Source of the DNA: Girardia tigrina
Lineage: Eukaryota
Direction: 5' to 3'
Assembly (NCBI GenBank): GCA_001938485.1
Contig: MQRK01235601.1
Span: 1-64,000, forward strand
Length of the DNA stretch: 64,000 nucleotides
The position numbers and the translations under genes are program-made. Numbering within the stretch: position 1 is the first letter of the stretch; each line of letters begins with the position of its first letter. The notes under the pieces were generated by a model that saw only the letters and a list, made by a program, of their open reading frames with translations, ran no database searches and was not told the origin of the DNA. Shown here piece by piece: positions 12,649-24,411 of the stretch.

Positions 12649-14299
12649 TGGTAAACTACGCAAATTTTATCAATCATATGATTCCGGAAGTGTTCAATGG
12701 ACAACAAGACATCAACGAATTTATTACGGATTGCAATAGATTCTTTGCAACTTCCAAAATTGAAGGAGACGTCCAAAATGTATTCGTCAAAGGACTGTTG
12801 GCCAAGGATCTAATTCCAATTTATGAAGCTGTGGATCCGAAGATAACCAAATTTGATAAACGGTTGAAATGAGCTTTTGAGAAACCATCTTCATTAATTC
12901 ATGATTTTATGAATTTAGATTTAACAACTTCAGACAAAGAAGAAATGACAATGTGACTGCAATCAATTCAGAAGTGAGGCTCGTAGAACGTGGAGAAGAT
13001 GATGACGAAATTGATGATGATTATTCAAAAGATTGGGCTCCGTCTTCAGGAGAGGTGATTGGAGTCATCCACTAAATGGAGGTAATTTTGTTCTCGATCC
13101 ATATGTAAATAGTTTATTTTATAAAAATTGTAATATTTTAAATTTTAATAAATCTAGTAATTTTGATTATCTTAGTAAAAATAGTGATAATAAAAATAGT
13201 AAATGTAAAAATGTATGTATTGAAAATAAACGAAATAAAATTACTAAAAATAAAAATGTTAAAAGTAATTCTATTTTGAATGAGTGTTAAATTTTTTATG
13301 ATGATAATTTTTATTTAAATAATGATTTTAAAATTTATTCGTTAGATGAAATTAAAAATGTAAATAATAATATCTCATGCCCCAACGATAAGGTAAAAAT
13401 CACGTATAAGATTATGAATGGTAGACCTAGTATTAAGATTAGGATTAACGAATTTTTTGCATATTGTCTTTTAGATACAGGGGCCCGTATAAGTGTGATA
13501 GATAGAAGTTTGATTGATAGATTAAAGAACGTGAATGTAACGGGTTCAGAAGATAAAATATATTGTGCGAATGATAGTTCGTTGTAGTTATAAATGTTAT
13601 AATGTTAAAATTGTTATAGTTATTAATGTTAATGATAGTTATATTAATGATATTTATTAATGTTAAAATTGATTATTATAATGAAGACAGAATTTTATAT
13701 TGCTGATAAAGTTACGCGAAAAATAATTGCAGAAATGAATTTCTTAAATAAATTTAACTTCAAATTAATTTTAGAAGAGAATTTAAATAATTGTAAAGAT
13801 AATGACTTCTAAAATATTCAAAATATAATATAAAAATATAAAATATTCAAACTATATTGCAACATAGATGCGAAATTTGAGAAACAAGTTACTGAACTTG
13901 AAAGGTTCGATAAGGCAATAAAACATTTTAATATTGGTTCAAAATCGGGGTTATTTAAAGTAATGCAGCAGCACAAAAATGTTTTCATGGAACATCAATG
14001 GGATATAGGATGCACAAATATTATGAAACACAGGATATTAACTTATGGAGGACCTATAAATATCAAACCGAGACGTCAGCCCATAAATTTAGAGGATAAA
14101 ATTGATGAAGCCACAATAAATTTAGAGAGGAATGGAATAATTCGGAAATGCAACTCTCCATTGAACACACTAATGGTTTGTGTCTGGAAAAAGGAAAAGA
14201 AAGACATAAGATTATGTTTAGATTTTAGGCAACTTAATAAGATAACGAAATGACCGGCCTTTCCAATGCCTCATATAGAAGGTGTTGGATATTCTAATT
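12648..14299 (+). mobile_element. Ty3/Gypsy element 1, left part (degraded gag, protease, RT N-terminus)
   Basis: gag-like IPEVFNGQQDINEFITDCNRFF; protease LLDTGARISVI (~13468); RT WDIGCT..KHRILT..PINIKP..GIIRKCNSP..IRLCLDFRQLNK..FPMPHIE. Confidence 0.9.
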
Positions 14300-14479
14300 C
14301 AGGGGTCCCCAACCTTTTTAACTCGTCGACCCCTTTATGACCTAATTATCTTATCCTCGACCCCTACTTAAGTTTAATGAAAACATTAACTATTTTTGAA
14401 ATAATTTAATATACTTTTCGATTTAAATAATCAAAAAACTTTACTGATATGTAAATATTTATTTTTTATAATAATTACA

Positions 14480-15097
14480 TTAATGAGATGGTTGTGGTTG
14501 ATGAGCAGCGGCAAGACTATTGATATTAGATTGAAAATTAGTGAGCTTAAGTCTTAAATCACCACGGTTTTCCAGGTTTAATCTATTCCTCTGTTTTGTC
14601 GAAATTGTGTTAGCATGGCTAAAACCAGCTTCAACTATATACGACGTTGGGAATGAAAGTAAGAAAGGCTCAGCTGCAGTCCTGAGCTTGGGATACTTTA
14701 TAGCAATATTGATGTTCCTCCAATATCCACTGATGTCTCCTCCTTTAAATAAGACTTTAGCTTCGAGATCTACACTCATTTCAATAAGTTCATCTTCCAG
14801 GTCACATTCATTACATTCATCATTTATTTTNNNNNNNNNNNNNNNNNNNNNNNNNNNNNNNNNNNNNNNNTTCTCCAAATCTTCGAAACGCTTTTTGAAA
14901 TCTTCTAATAACTGATCAAGATGTTTAATAAATATCTCCAACTCACAGTCTGCAATGTTTTCTGATTCTTTCAGTATTTGCAAGTTTGGAAATTATTTTG
15001 AAATCATTACGTGTTAATGATGACTTGAATAGTTCCAATTTTACTTGAAAGCTCATTATCATTGTACGGGCTTGAATAATTGTAATATTTTTTCCTT
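14480..15097 (-). pseudogene. hAT transposase C-terminal part (dimerisation region)
   Basis: GKNITIIQART..F..KLELF; YPKLRTAAEPFLLSFPTSYIVEAGFS...KQRNRLNLENRGDLRLKLT...QPSH. Confidence 0.9.
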
Positions 15098-17199
15098 TGT
15101 TGGGGGGTGATATTATTGGTGTTGTATTTTATATGATTATTCTAATTTTATTAGTTTAAATTCATGTTTTTCATGTTATGCTTTAGCATCTTAGTTTATT
15201 TTGACCCAACATATTATTTAGATATGTCTCTCCTCTAAGTGTCCCTAACTCACACTTATTAGAGATTCATATCGTACCCCATCAACTCCATCTTGCCCTT
15301 TCATCTCGCCAGTGAAGCTGATGAAGTACCTACTGGGTTCTACATTATATTTAAATATATTAAGTCTATGAAAGTCGGCTTATGCTACTTCTATTTAATT
15401 AATGATCATCTTATTTTTTTTAACATGTTTTTTTTGATTACTATATTTCTTATTATAAGTTTATCATTTTTACATCAGAGATTTAAGTTAAAAGAACATG
15501 AACAAATTATATGTTTACATTGCTTTATTAAAATATAACAAAAGAAAAGACTAATCAAAGGCAATCCACCCATCGTCCCTAATCATCTAAATCTGCTAGA
15601 TTGATAAATTCTTCACCCTGACCAGTTGTGATAGATCGGAACTGTAAACGGTCACGAATCTCCTTCTGAATTTCAAGTTTTGACTTAAAGTTCAGCCATT
15701 CTTGTTGTTCAATAGTCTCTTGAAATTTATTTGTTGGAAGAAGCAGCGAAATTTGATGCGAGNNNNNNNNNNNNNNNNNNNNNNNNNNNNNNNNNNNNNN
15801 NNNNNNNNNCGTCTTTCCATCTTGGACGTCAGCCTCAATACGACTGGTTTTAAAAATAGCTTGCAGCTCATTCTTGGCCTGTTGAAACATTTGAGCCTTT
15901 CGCTTCCTCTGCTCCCGCCGCTTCTGAGATCTGTTGAACACCCCAGAGGAAGATGATGCCATATCCTCTTTCATAATTGACCCATAAATGTTCGGGTTCG
16001 TCACCAGAGGCTTCTTCTCTGTATTTGATCCAATTTTGTTTGCCGTTTCTATAATTATTTCCGGTTGCTCTTCTGAAACCTTTTCGATCACTTTCTTGTA
16101 GTAGTTGGACATATTTTGTTGAATTCTTATCTCGGTGACCTCGTTTTGCAANNNNNNNNNNNNNNNNNNNNNNNNNNNNNNNNNNNNNNNNNNNNNNNNN
16201 NTTGTCCTAGCAAATATTTGTCCACAACCGGTTTGTGAATTGATAGAGGAACGGAATTCTTTCTGTAGTCCTCAAATTCGGTTGTCCTCTTCGTTAATTC
16301 ATCATTCAGCTTGTCACATTTGCCTTTCCACTTCTGCAACTCAAGCAGCAGTTCTCTTTGTTGTTTTTTGGTTTCATATTTTCTATCCATGCTGAATAAG
16401 GACGATGAGTGAATAAAAAAAATTAAAAAAAAATAAAAGAACAAAAAGAATAATTGATGGAGGCTGAGAGAAACGAATTCTCTTCTAGAAATGAAATTTG
16501 GCAAGGACTTTCTCAAACTTCCAGATCGTCAATAGTCTTGGCAGGTACTATAAGCACCTGCCGTTAATCTATTAACAGATCGGCAGTTATCAAATTACCT
16601 CGCAACCTGTTCATATTCCTTACCTGATCATCAATAGTCTCGGCAGGAACTATAAGCCCCTACCGTTATCTATCGACAGATCGGCAGCCTTGATGTGCTT
16701 CCAAACTTCCATCAACTTTCAAAAAAAAATAAAAAAAATAAAAATTACCTAAGAACAAAACAAATCTTTTCAAATAAAATTTATTCAAAGAAAAAATTCT
16801 GAATAAGTGCACAAATTCGGATGAATTTATACCAATCTTTCGTCACAAAAACTCACAGAACCAGCAAGCAGACAATTCTCACAGTCAACCTTCAATCATC
16901 CATCACTAAGTCAATAGTCCTCAGGNNNNNNNNNNNNNNNNNNNNNNNNNNNNNNNNNNNNNNNNNNNNNNNNNNNNNNNNNNNNNNNNNNNNNNNNNNN
17001 NNNNNNNNNNNNNNNNNNNNNNNNNNNNNNNNNNNNNNNNNNNNNNNNNNNNTTTTTTAATTAATTAATTATAAATTATCATTATAATGTTTTATTTTTT
17101 GTTTTTTATATTTAGGGAGTTTTTCCTTTGCCTGCCTCGGTGCCGGTGCAATGAATAGGCCCGGGGCTGACGCGAAGGAAAAACTCACGGGTCCCAACA
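15098..17199. mobile_element. 2.1-kb solo-LTR-like element carrying ORFs, inserted in the hAT transposase
   Basis: Termini TGTTGGG...CCCAACA; 4-bp TSD CCTT (15094-15097, 17200-17203); removing it restores transposase KRLQG|KNIT. Confidence 0.9.
15579..16390 (-). CDS. Uncharacterised ~260-270 aa coiled-coil protein with a basic NLS-like patch (ORF1 of the LTR-like element)
   Basis: MDRKYETKKQQRELLLELQKW...NSVPLSIHKPVV (gap) QNEVTEIRIQQN...NRSQKRREQRKRK...RSITTGQGEEFINLADLDD. No stops in the visible parts; the frame across the N gaps is unverified; conserved in the 10244-11002 copy. Confidence 0.7.
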
Positions 17200-18549
17200 C
17201 CTTGCAAACGCTTCTGTACTTCATTGAATTTTGAATAAATGTCTGCTAAGTAGAACAAGTGATGTTTGTATAGTTTTAACTCGTTACATAATGATCGATC
17301 CAAATTCCATAGAAATTCTTCAGATGAATTGTACAAGTTAACAAGCCTTTGCAAACTATCGCCCCTTGACAACCATCTTNNNNNNNNNNNNNNNNNNNNN
17401 NNNTTGAAAGTTTCATCGTTTTCCTCACATAAATTTGCAAACAGTCGTGAATTGAGAGGAGAAGTTTTGATTTTATTAATTGATCTGATACACACTTTTA
17501 GAGCTTCATGTAGTTCTCCACTCATTTTTTTAGCTACAAGATGTTGCCTGTGTAAGACACAGTGAACAGTGCGTACTGTAGGAACCTTTTCCTTGAGAAA
17601 GACAGAAAATCCCCTATAGCGGCCCACCATAGCCGGTGCACCATCAGTAGCTACTGCAGTAATATTTTCAAGAGGAACATTGTGCTTGTTCAGATAATCT
17701 TTTAAGCATAAAAAAATTGTCTCACCTTTTGAATCTNNNNNNNNNNNNNNNNNNNNNNNNNNNNNNNNNNNNNNNNNNNNNNNNNNNNNNNNNNNNNNNN
17801 NNNNNNNNNNNNNNNNNNNNNNNNNNNNNNNNNNNNNNNNNNNNTCAAGTTGAATAGCAAACTTACAATGCTGGAGCTCAGAAATTAAAGTTCTTTCTAC
17901 ATCATTAGCCATTTCCTCAATACGTCGTTGTACAGTATTTCCACTTAATGGTATACATTTCAGAACTGGATCTGTTTTCATAACATTCTCAATTACATCT
18001 TTTATAGCTGGTAATATAATCTCTTCACCAATGATATACGGCTTCCCTTTTTTTGCAATATTAAAAGAGATGCTGTATGATGCTTNNNNNNNNNNNNNNN
18101 NNNNNNNNNNNNNNNNNNNNNNNNNNNNNNNNNNNGGATCTGTTTTCATAACATTCTCAATTACATCTTTTATAGCTGGTAATATAATCTCTTCACCAAT
18201 GATATACGGCTTCCCTTTTTTTGCAATATTAAAAGAGATGCTGTATGATGCTTTCAATTCTCCTTCACTTTTAGCACTGGTAGACGATTTTATAAATGTA
18301 GTCAAATTCGGTCGAGTTATAAACCTCTCTTTAAGCATTTTAAAGTACTCGATACCTTTGTTTTTCTTATCAAAATGCATTCTTTCTAAATGGTCCATCA
18401 TCTTAGCTGGTTTCATGGCATCATTGCTGAGTCTTTTCGCATAACAGGCACATAAGAATGGTTTTATTATTTATCGAAGGTAAAAAACCATATTTCAAAT
18501 ACTCGTCAGAGTATTGTCTGCATTTCTTCTTAGCATTAAAAGTCGACAT
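17200..18549 (-). pseudogene. hAT transposase N-terminal and catalytic part (Charlie/ZBED5-SCAND3-like)
   Basis: KKKCRQYSDEYLKYGF; MKPAKMMDHL; PLSGNTVQRRI; ATDGAPAMVG; HCVLHRQHL; RWLSRG. Confidence 0.95.
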
Positions 18550-18817
18550 GGGGTAGATTAAAATTGGATTCTAANNNNNNNNNNNNNNNNNNNNNNNNNN
18601 NNNNNNNNNNNNNNNNNNNNNNNNNNNNNNNNNNNNNNNNNNNNNNNNNNNNNNNNNNNNNNNNNNNNNNNNNNNNNNNNNNNNNNNNNNNNNNNNNAAA
18701 GATAAAATTTATGAAATCAATTAAAGTTTTCTAGCTATTTTCCATCTACTTCAATCGACCCCCAAGGAACTCTAATCGACCCCTGGGGGTCTATATCGAC
18801 CCCGTTGGAGACCCTTG

Positions 18818-19030
18818 TTCTAATTGGATCTCGATATTTCAGTACCATTGATTTAGGTAATGCTTATTATCAAGTGAAATTGGATGAAAAATCACAAGAA
18901 AAGGCAGCATTCTCGACAAAAACCGGAAAATTCCGCTTCAATAGGATGCCTTTTGAAATAGCAGCAGCACCCGCGGCGTTCCAGAAACCGATGACAATAG
19001 TTCTTGGTGATATGCATTGGAAAGAGAAAG
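18818..19030 (+). mobile_element. Ty3/Gypsy element 1, right part (RT continuation, truncated)
   Basis: LIGSRYFSTIDLGNAYYQV..KAAFST..FRFNRMPF..AAAPAAFQ continues the RT interrupted at 14299. Confidence 0.9.
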
Positions 19031-19164
19031 AAAGTGAAAGCAATACTTTTGATCATCATAAAGATGATAAGAATTGTGAATGTAATAAATGTTCTGTCAA
19101 ATGTGAGAGTTCTCTTAACATTAGTGTTTAGCATAAACGTGATTGCTTTATAGTTGGTACGCAA

Positions 19165-21620
19165 GGTAAACGTTTACCATACAGAAAATGTTTAAAATTG
19201 TTACAAAAATAATACATGGCAATCAATTCTTTTCTTGTAACACAATAGCCCTTCTAATGAATATTCATTAATCACGATCCATAAGCTACTACTCTTTCCT
19301 TTCCTTGATCATTTTTCTGTGTTAACACGGCTCCAATCGTATCGAAACTAGCATTGGTATCTTGAAGAAAATCACTTTTCATGTCTGAAAAACACAATAC
19401 CGGACTTTTCATTAATGCATTCTTCATCTCTTCGAATGCTAACTCTACCGCGCTTGTCCAATTCAGTTTTTTATTGTTGTTCAGCCCGCATAATTGTTCT
19501 AATACTTTAGCTTTCTTTGCATACTATTTTATAAATCGTCGCAAATAGTTACAAATGCCTAAAAAGATACGTAGATTTTTCATACATTTTGCTTCTCAAA
19601 CGTTCTTCTTGCTTTAATCTTTGATGGGTTCATTTTTACAACGTCTTCGTTACTATATATCCTAGGAATTTTATTTCCCGTTTCAACATTGAAATTTTTC
19701 AGGGTTCACCCCAATCCTGCTTTCCTAAAATTATCTAAAACTTGATTCAAAACAATATAGTGTGGCTCCCGATCTTTTGTGTATACCAAGATATCATCTA
19801 AGTATACAGTTGCACTCTTGATTCCCCCGACTACCTTTGTCATCATCTTTTGGAAAGTTCCCGGTGCAGCAGCTATACCAAACGGCATACGAGTAAAACA
19901 ATACTGTCCTTGCTTTGTAGAAAATGCCGCCTTTTCCTGAGTTTCTTTGTCCAGCTCAACCTGATAATAAGCATTTCAAAGGTCAGTTGAGCTAAAATAC
20001 TTTGCACCTCCTAAAGCATCCAACATCTCATCAACATTGGGCATCGGAGAAACTTGTTTCTCCGTTAATGCATTTTACACCCAAAATCCAAACAGATACG
20101 AATATCCTTCTTCTCTTTTTTTCCACACACAAATTAATGTTCCAAGGTGAATTACACTTCTGAATGATATTATTATCACACAAATTTTTTATAGTTTCCA
20201 TATTATTTTCTTCGAGATGTTTTGGTTAACGAAAAGGTTTTTAATTAATTGGCTCCGCAGTCGTCTTAATATGATGTTTTGCTAAACTGGTACATCCGAT
20301 ATCCCATTTGTCAGTCATGAATACTTCTGCCTGTTTCTGAATGACTTCTAACAGTTTTGAATCTACTTTACATATGCAATCTAACGCTCTTTTTAATCTC
20401 TCTCCTGGTCTTATCACTCTACCCAATTTCGCCTCAATGTTACACACACTTCCATGTGCTTCCCTTGATACATTATTGCCTTGCGACTTGTTCTTTTTTA
20501 TGGAATAACCGAAAATTTTCATGAATACTAAACCTCTAATTAGTTCAGGAACCACACTTTCCACAACAATAAATGGTACTACTTTTCTTATTATTTTTCT
20601 TATATCTACTTCTACCTCTATTTTACCCATTACTTTCAATTTTCCGTCGTTGGCACCTCTCAAATTGATATGGCATTTTTCTAACACCAAATTATTCAAA
20701 TCCTGATAATACTTTTTACTCATAAAATTAACACCTGCTCCTGTATCCAACAAACACTCCCACTGTTTCTACTAAATTTCCACTGTAACACTCGAACGTC
20801 CCTGCATTTTACTATAACATATCTCCGATTTCTGATCATCAATCAACACATTAACATAGAATACTTGCTCAAAATTCTTTTTTAAAAAATCCATAGACCT
20901 TATTCATTGTTCGCACATCCAACGTGCATTCAACTCCATAGGAATTATCTTCTAAGATCAATGGCATCCGGCTCCCACCAACTCCCCAATTGGTGGAGCC
21001 CAGTCGTTTGCGTACGGCTTAACGTTTTTTTTCATTGTCATCAAATGTGCATTCTTCATCCTCGTTCATTGTGTTGATTTTAAATTTCCGATCCTTGTTC
21101 TGCATTCTCGATCTACCATTGTCGTAACCATTATTCTGTCTGATAGAGTTCACTAAACATGCCACTGCTAGATGCCAAATTCCGGCCACATTTTTCATAG
21201 CGTATCTCTGGACATTGAGTTCGCCTATGTCCCTTTTTCCTGCACAAGAAAAAAACCAATGGCTGTCTGTTAGGATAGTTTCGACTGATTTGCCCAGTCT
21301 CTTGATAATTCCAACACTGCACATGTCTTTTTTGTTGGCAATTCATGCTGAAATATCCTGTTTGATGACAATTGTAGCATTTGGGTTCGGTTGATTCCGC
21401 CCTTAAAAGTTGTTTTCTCGGCTGAGTCTGATTTACCCATTTTGTAGTTACCTCAGGAGCCCTGCTGTTTTATACAAAATCTTGATAACTTTGGATAGCA
21501 TTGATCCTGCTCTTTTTTTCGTGGTTTATTTCGTCTACGAGTGCAAAGAATTCATATATTTCCTTGACACTCTTTCATTTTAGTAATTTGATTTGACGAA
21601 CAACATCTTCATCATCATAT
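19165..21620 (-). mobile_element. Ty3/Gypsy element 2 (degraded gag with several zinc knuckles, protease, RT, RNase H)
   Basis: CYNCHQTG, CWN..ETG, FLCRKKGHRRTQC knuckles; LLDTGAG; WDIGCT; MPFGIAAAPGTFQ; YLDD; FLGICNYLRRFI; RNase H DTNASFDTIGAVL. Confidence 0.95.
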
Positions 21621-22149
21621 ACAATGAATTAACATTTGAAGATTTAGCTCTTCTTTGTCGAGTCTATACGACAATGCATTTTTTACCGGCCAGTCTACTT
21701 TTTTGAAAAAAGTCTTTGCGTTATCAAAATTACCAAATTCCTATTTCCGAAAATTAAAAAATTAACAACAGACTCCTACAAATTTAATTACTAATTTCAA
21801 AAATTTAAACTATTTCAGATTATTATTATTTCGTTGTTATTATTTTAATTATGTTCGAAAAGCCCGTATCTCAACAATACAAATGAGGTTGTAAAAATAC
21901 TATATAGGAATCTTTTTGAATGAATCAAGACACAATTTTGAATTTATCTAGGCTTTATAATTGCTGTACTCGTATGTTATTTCACAATTAGTTTTTTAAA
22001 TTCTAATTTATCATTAAGAAAAGCTTCTTAACTATTTCTTAATTTTGATAAGCGTGAAATACCAAAGACAAATCAAGAATCCTATACAAACTATACAATT
22101 GAAAAATAAATTGTTAATTAATTCAATAATAATGCATATAATACAATTG

Positions 22150-22890
22150 AATATATTAAGTAAAATGTAACAAGGAAGGCAAATTTGTTACAGTTTGCTT
22201 CTGCTGAAGAACGTCGAGAACTAAATTTCAATTGATTTATGTTACATCCATCTGACATTCACTGATGCCTAAAGTTTTGTATTCACATAGGAGTTAATTC
22301 TGAAGTAGTCGAATTTCTAGTGACTTACTGAAAACCTACAGCACTTTATATTCCTTCTGTATTATTTTCAATGGCAAGATTTAAGCTTAAAATTGCTTAC
22401 TTTATTCACAAGGAAAACATTGAATTTAAGTCATGGTAGGAATTAAAATGTGTAAAGAAAACGAACAATTTCAATTTAATCCTTAGTGAATGTTAAACTT
22501 CCTTAACGCTATACAAATATGAAATAAATGAATAGTTTATTTGGCAGGAAATGTTTTGTTGTTATAACAATATAACACAGAGAAATAGAAAATATTTGAA
22601 CAGGATTGTAGTACTTGCTTTATAAAGGAAAATTAGATCAAATGGAGCAGCTAAAATAATAAATGTTTACTTTCATCTTCAAAATCAGAGATTAAGTAGT
22701 CAATTCGAGAGATCTTCGAAGATCGGAACAAAAATGATTTTCAAACTTTTTTTATGTAACATGACCTTCTTTTATTCTTCCGAGACTAGGAATATAACTT
22801 TTTTATTAGTCAAAAAATGAATAATACGAACTTCCAATTAATTTCTCAAGTTGCGGTTACTACTAGGATATTTGTTTGAGCATTAAACTT
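22150..22890 (+). pseudogene. Possible very degraded hAT (Charlie-like) transposase remnant
   Basis: Fragmentary motifs (EVVEFL, FKLKIAYF, YELP..S..A) across frameshifts. Confidence 0.3.
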
Positions 22891-23199
22891 TTAATTTTTT
22901 TGACTATCAACTATTTTAATATTTTATCGATTTTTTAAACATAATAATAATCATAATATTATAATATTATCTTTTGATGAATAGTAAAATAAAATCAGTC
23001 TCATTCCTTCTGCTTCTCTTAAGAAAATCTTCTTCTTGACTTTGATCTTTAATAATCACTTGTTTTAGTTAATTTATCAGAGGAAAATTAAAAACAATAT
23101 GTTTTACTATGGTTTAGTATTTTCTAGTGTTCATTCGTTCAATTAACGATTCTTGAGGCAGCAAAAGCAATAACAAAAGCAAGATGCAGAAGCAACTTA

Positions 23200-24411
23200 C
23201 TAGGGTGATTCAAAAGTTATTTCGTTTTCCCCTCATAATTTCAAGATAACAAAGCATGTAATCAGAACACATATATTCTTTGAAATACAAGCCTTTATTT
23301 TCAGGGCTCCTCAACCATCTTTCAGCCAGTTGCTCGATTCCGTAAGTATACCACTCTGTTGTTTTCTTCTACTGAATCGAAACGTCGCCCTTTGAGAAAA
23401 TGCTCCATTGCCCGAAAGAGGTGGTAGTCCCAAGGGCAGATTCAGGGCTGTATGCAGGGCGTGGCAAATATTTGTTCCCTGCAGCTTTTGCACTTTACCA
23501 CTAGTCAAACGTGCAGTATGTGCCGGAGTGTTGTCTTGTTGTAGAAGAACTTGATTGTGATTGACCAATGCCGAGTAACGATCACAGAGAATGGCTTAGA
23601 CTCTTTCCAGCTGCAGGAATGTAGAAGTTGGCATTCACAGTACGTTCCTCTGGAACGAGCTCAAAGTGGATCATTTCCTCAAAATTCCACTATATACAGA
23701 GCATAACTTTGTAATCGAAGCGTCCTTATTTAACCACGGGTTGCGTGGGCATACCAGGTACAGCCACTGATTCTCCTTGTTGGGATTATGGAAAAATATC
23801 TACGTCATTATATTTAAATATCCATGTTATTATATTTCTGAAATATCATGGGATTTAGTAAGCAATTCTTTGCAGAGATCAAGTCGTTGTTGTGCTTGAG
23901 AGGCGGTCACTTTTTGAGAAATTTGTGGACACTGTATATTGACAAGGTCAAGCTGATGAAGATGACGTTGAATAGGGAGTTATGAAGAACTAAGATCTGT
24001 TTATAATCTCCGCTTGCTGGTGCAGGACTACTCTTCTACAACTTGACATAGAGTGTCACCATCAACAAAAAATCGTCGCTCAGAACAAGATTGGTCTTCC
24101 AAATTGACGTCGCCACTTGAGAAACGCTTGAACCACAATTGTGACACACGAACACTGACCGTATCATTATTGTCTTTTACTTCAAATATTTCTTGGGCTG
24201 CAGCAGCTAATTTAAAGCCTATTTTCCAGAAATGTCACAAAATTTCTCGAATTCCGTATTTTTCGATCTCCATAATCTGATAAGAATAAACAAACCAACG
24301 TTTAATGAATAAATAATATAAAAGTCAATAATGCCAAAATAGAATATCCATATAAAATAACTGTCACAATGTAAGGCATAGAAAAACGAAAAAACATTTG
24401 AATCATCCTAA
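23200..24411 (-). mobile_element. Mariner transposon, full-length degraded copy A
   Basis: TIRs TAGGGTGATTCAAAAG / TTTGAATCATCCTA, TA on both flanks; transposase motifs LLQQDNTPAHTA and SQLWFKRF; homologous to 56802-58080. Confidence 0.92.

Larger units (their letters stand above)
14300..18817 (-). mobile_element. hAT DNA transposon (Charlie/Buster group) inserted in Gypsy RT
   Basis: TIRs CAGGGGTCCCCAAC / GTTGGAGACCCTTG; perfect 8-bp TSD TTCTAATT (14292-14299, 18818-18825); subterminal TCGACCCC repeats at both ends. Confidence 0.95.

Noticed and set aside
17968-18253. Exact ~118-bp duplication inside the hAT transposase (ASYSISFNIAKK...KTD twice)
   Set aside because: The identical copies flank an N gap, which indicates a scaffolding overlap artefact.
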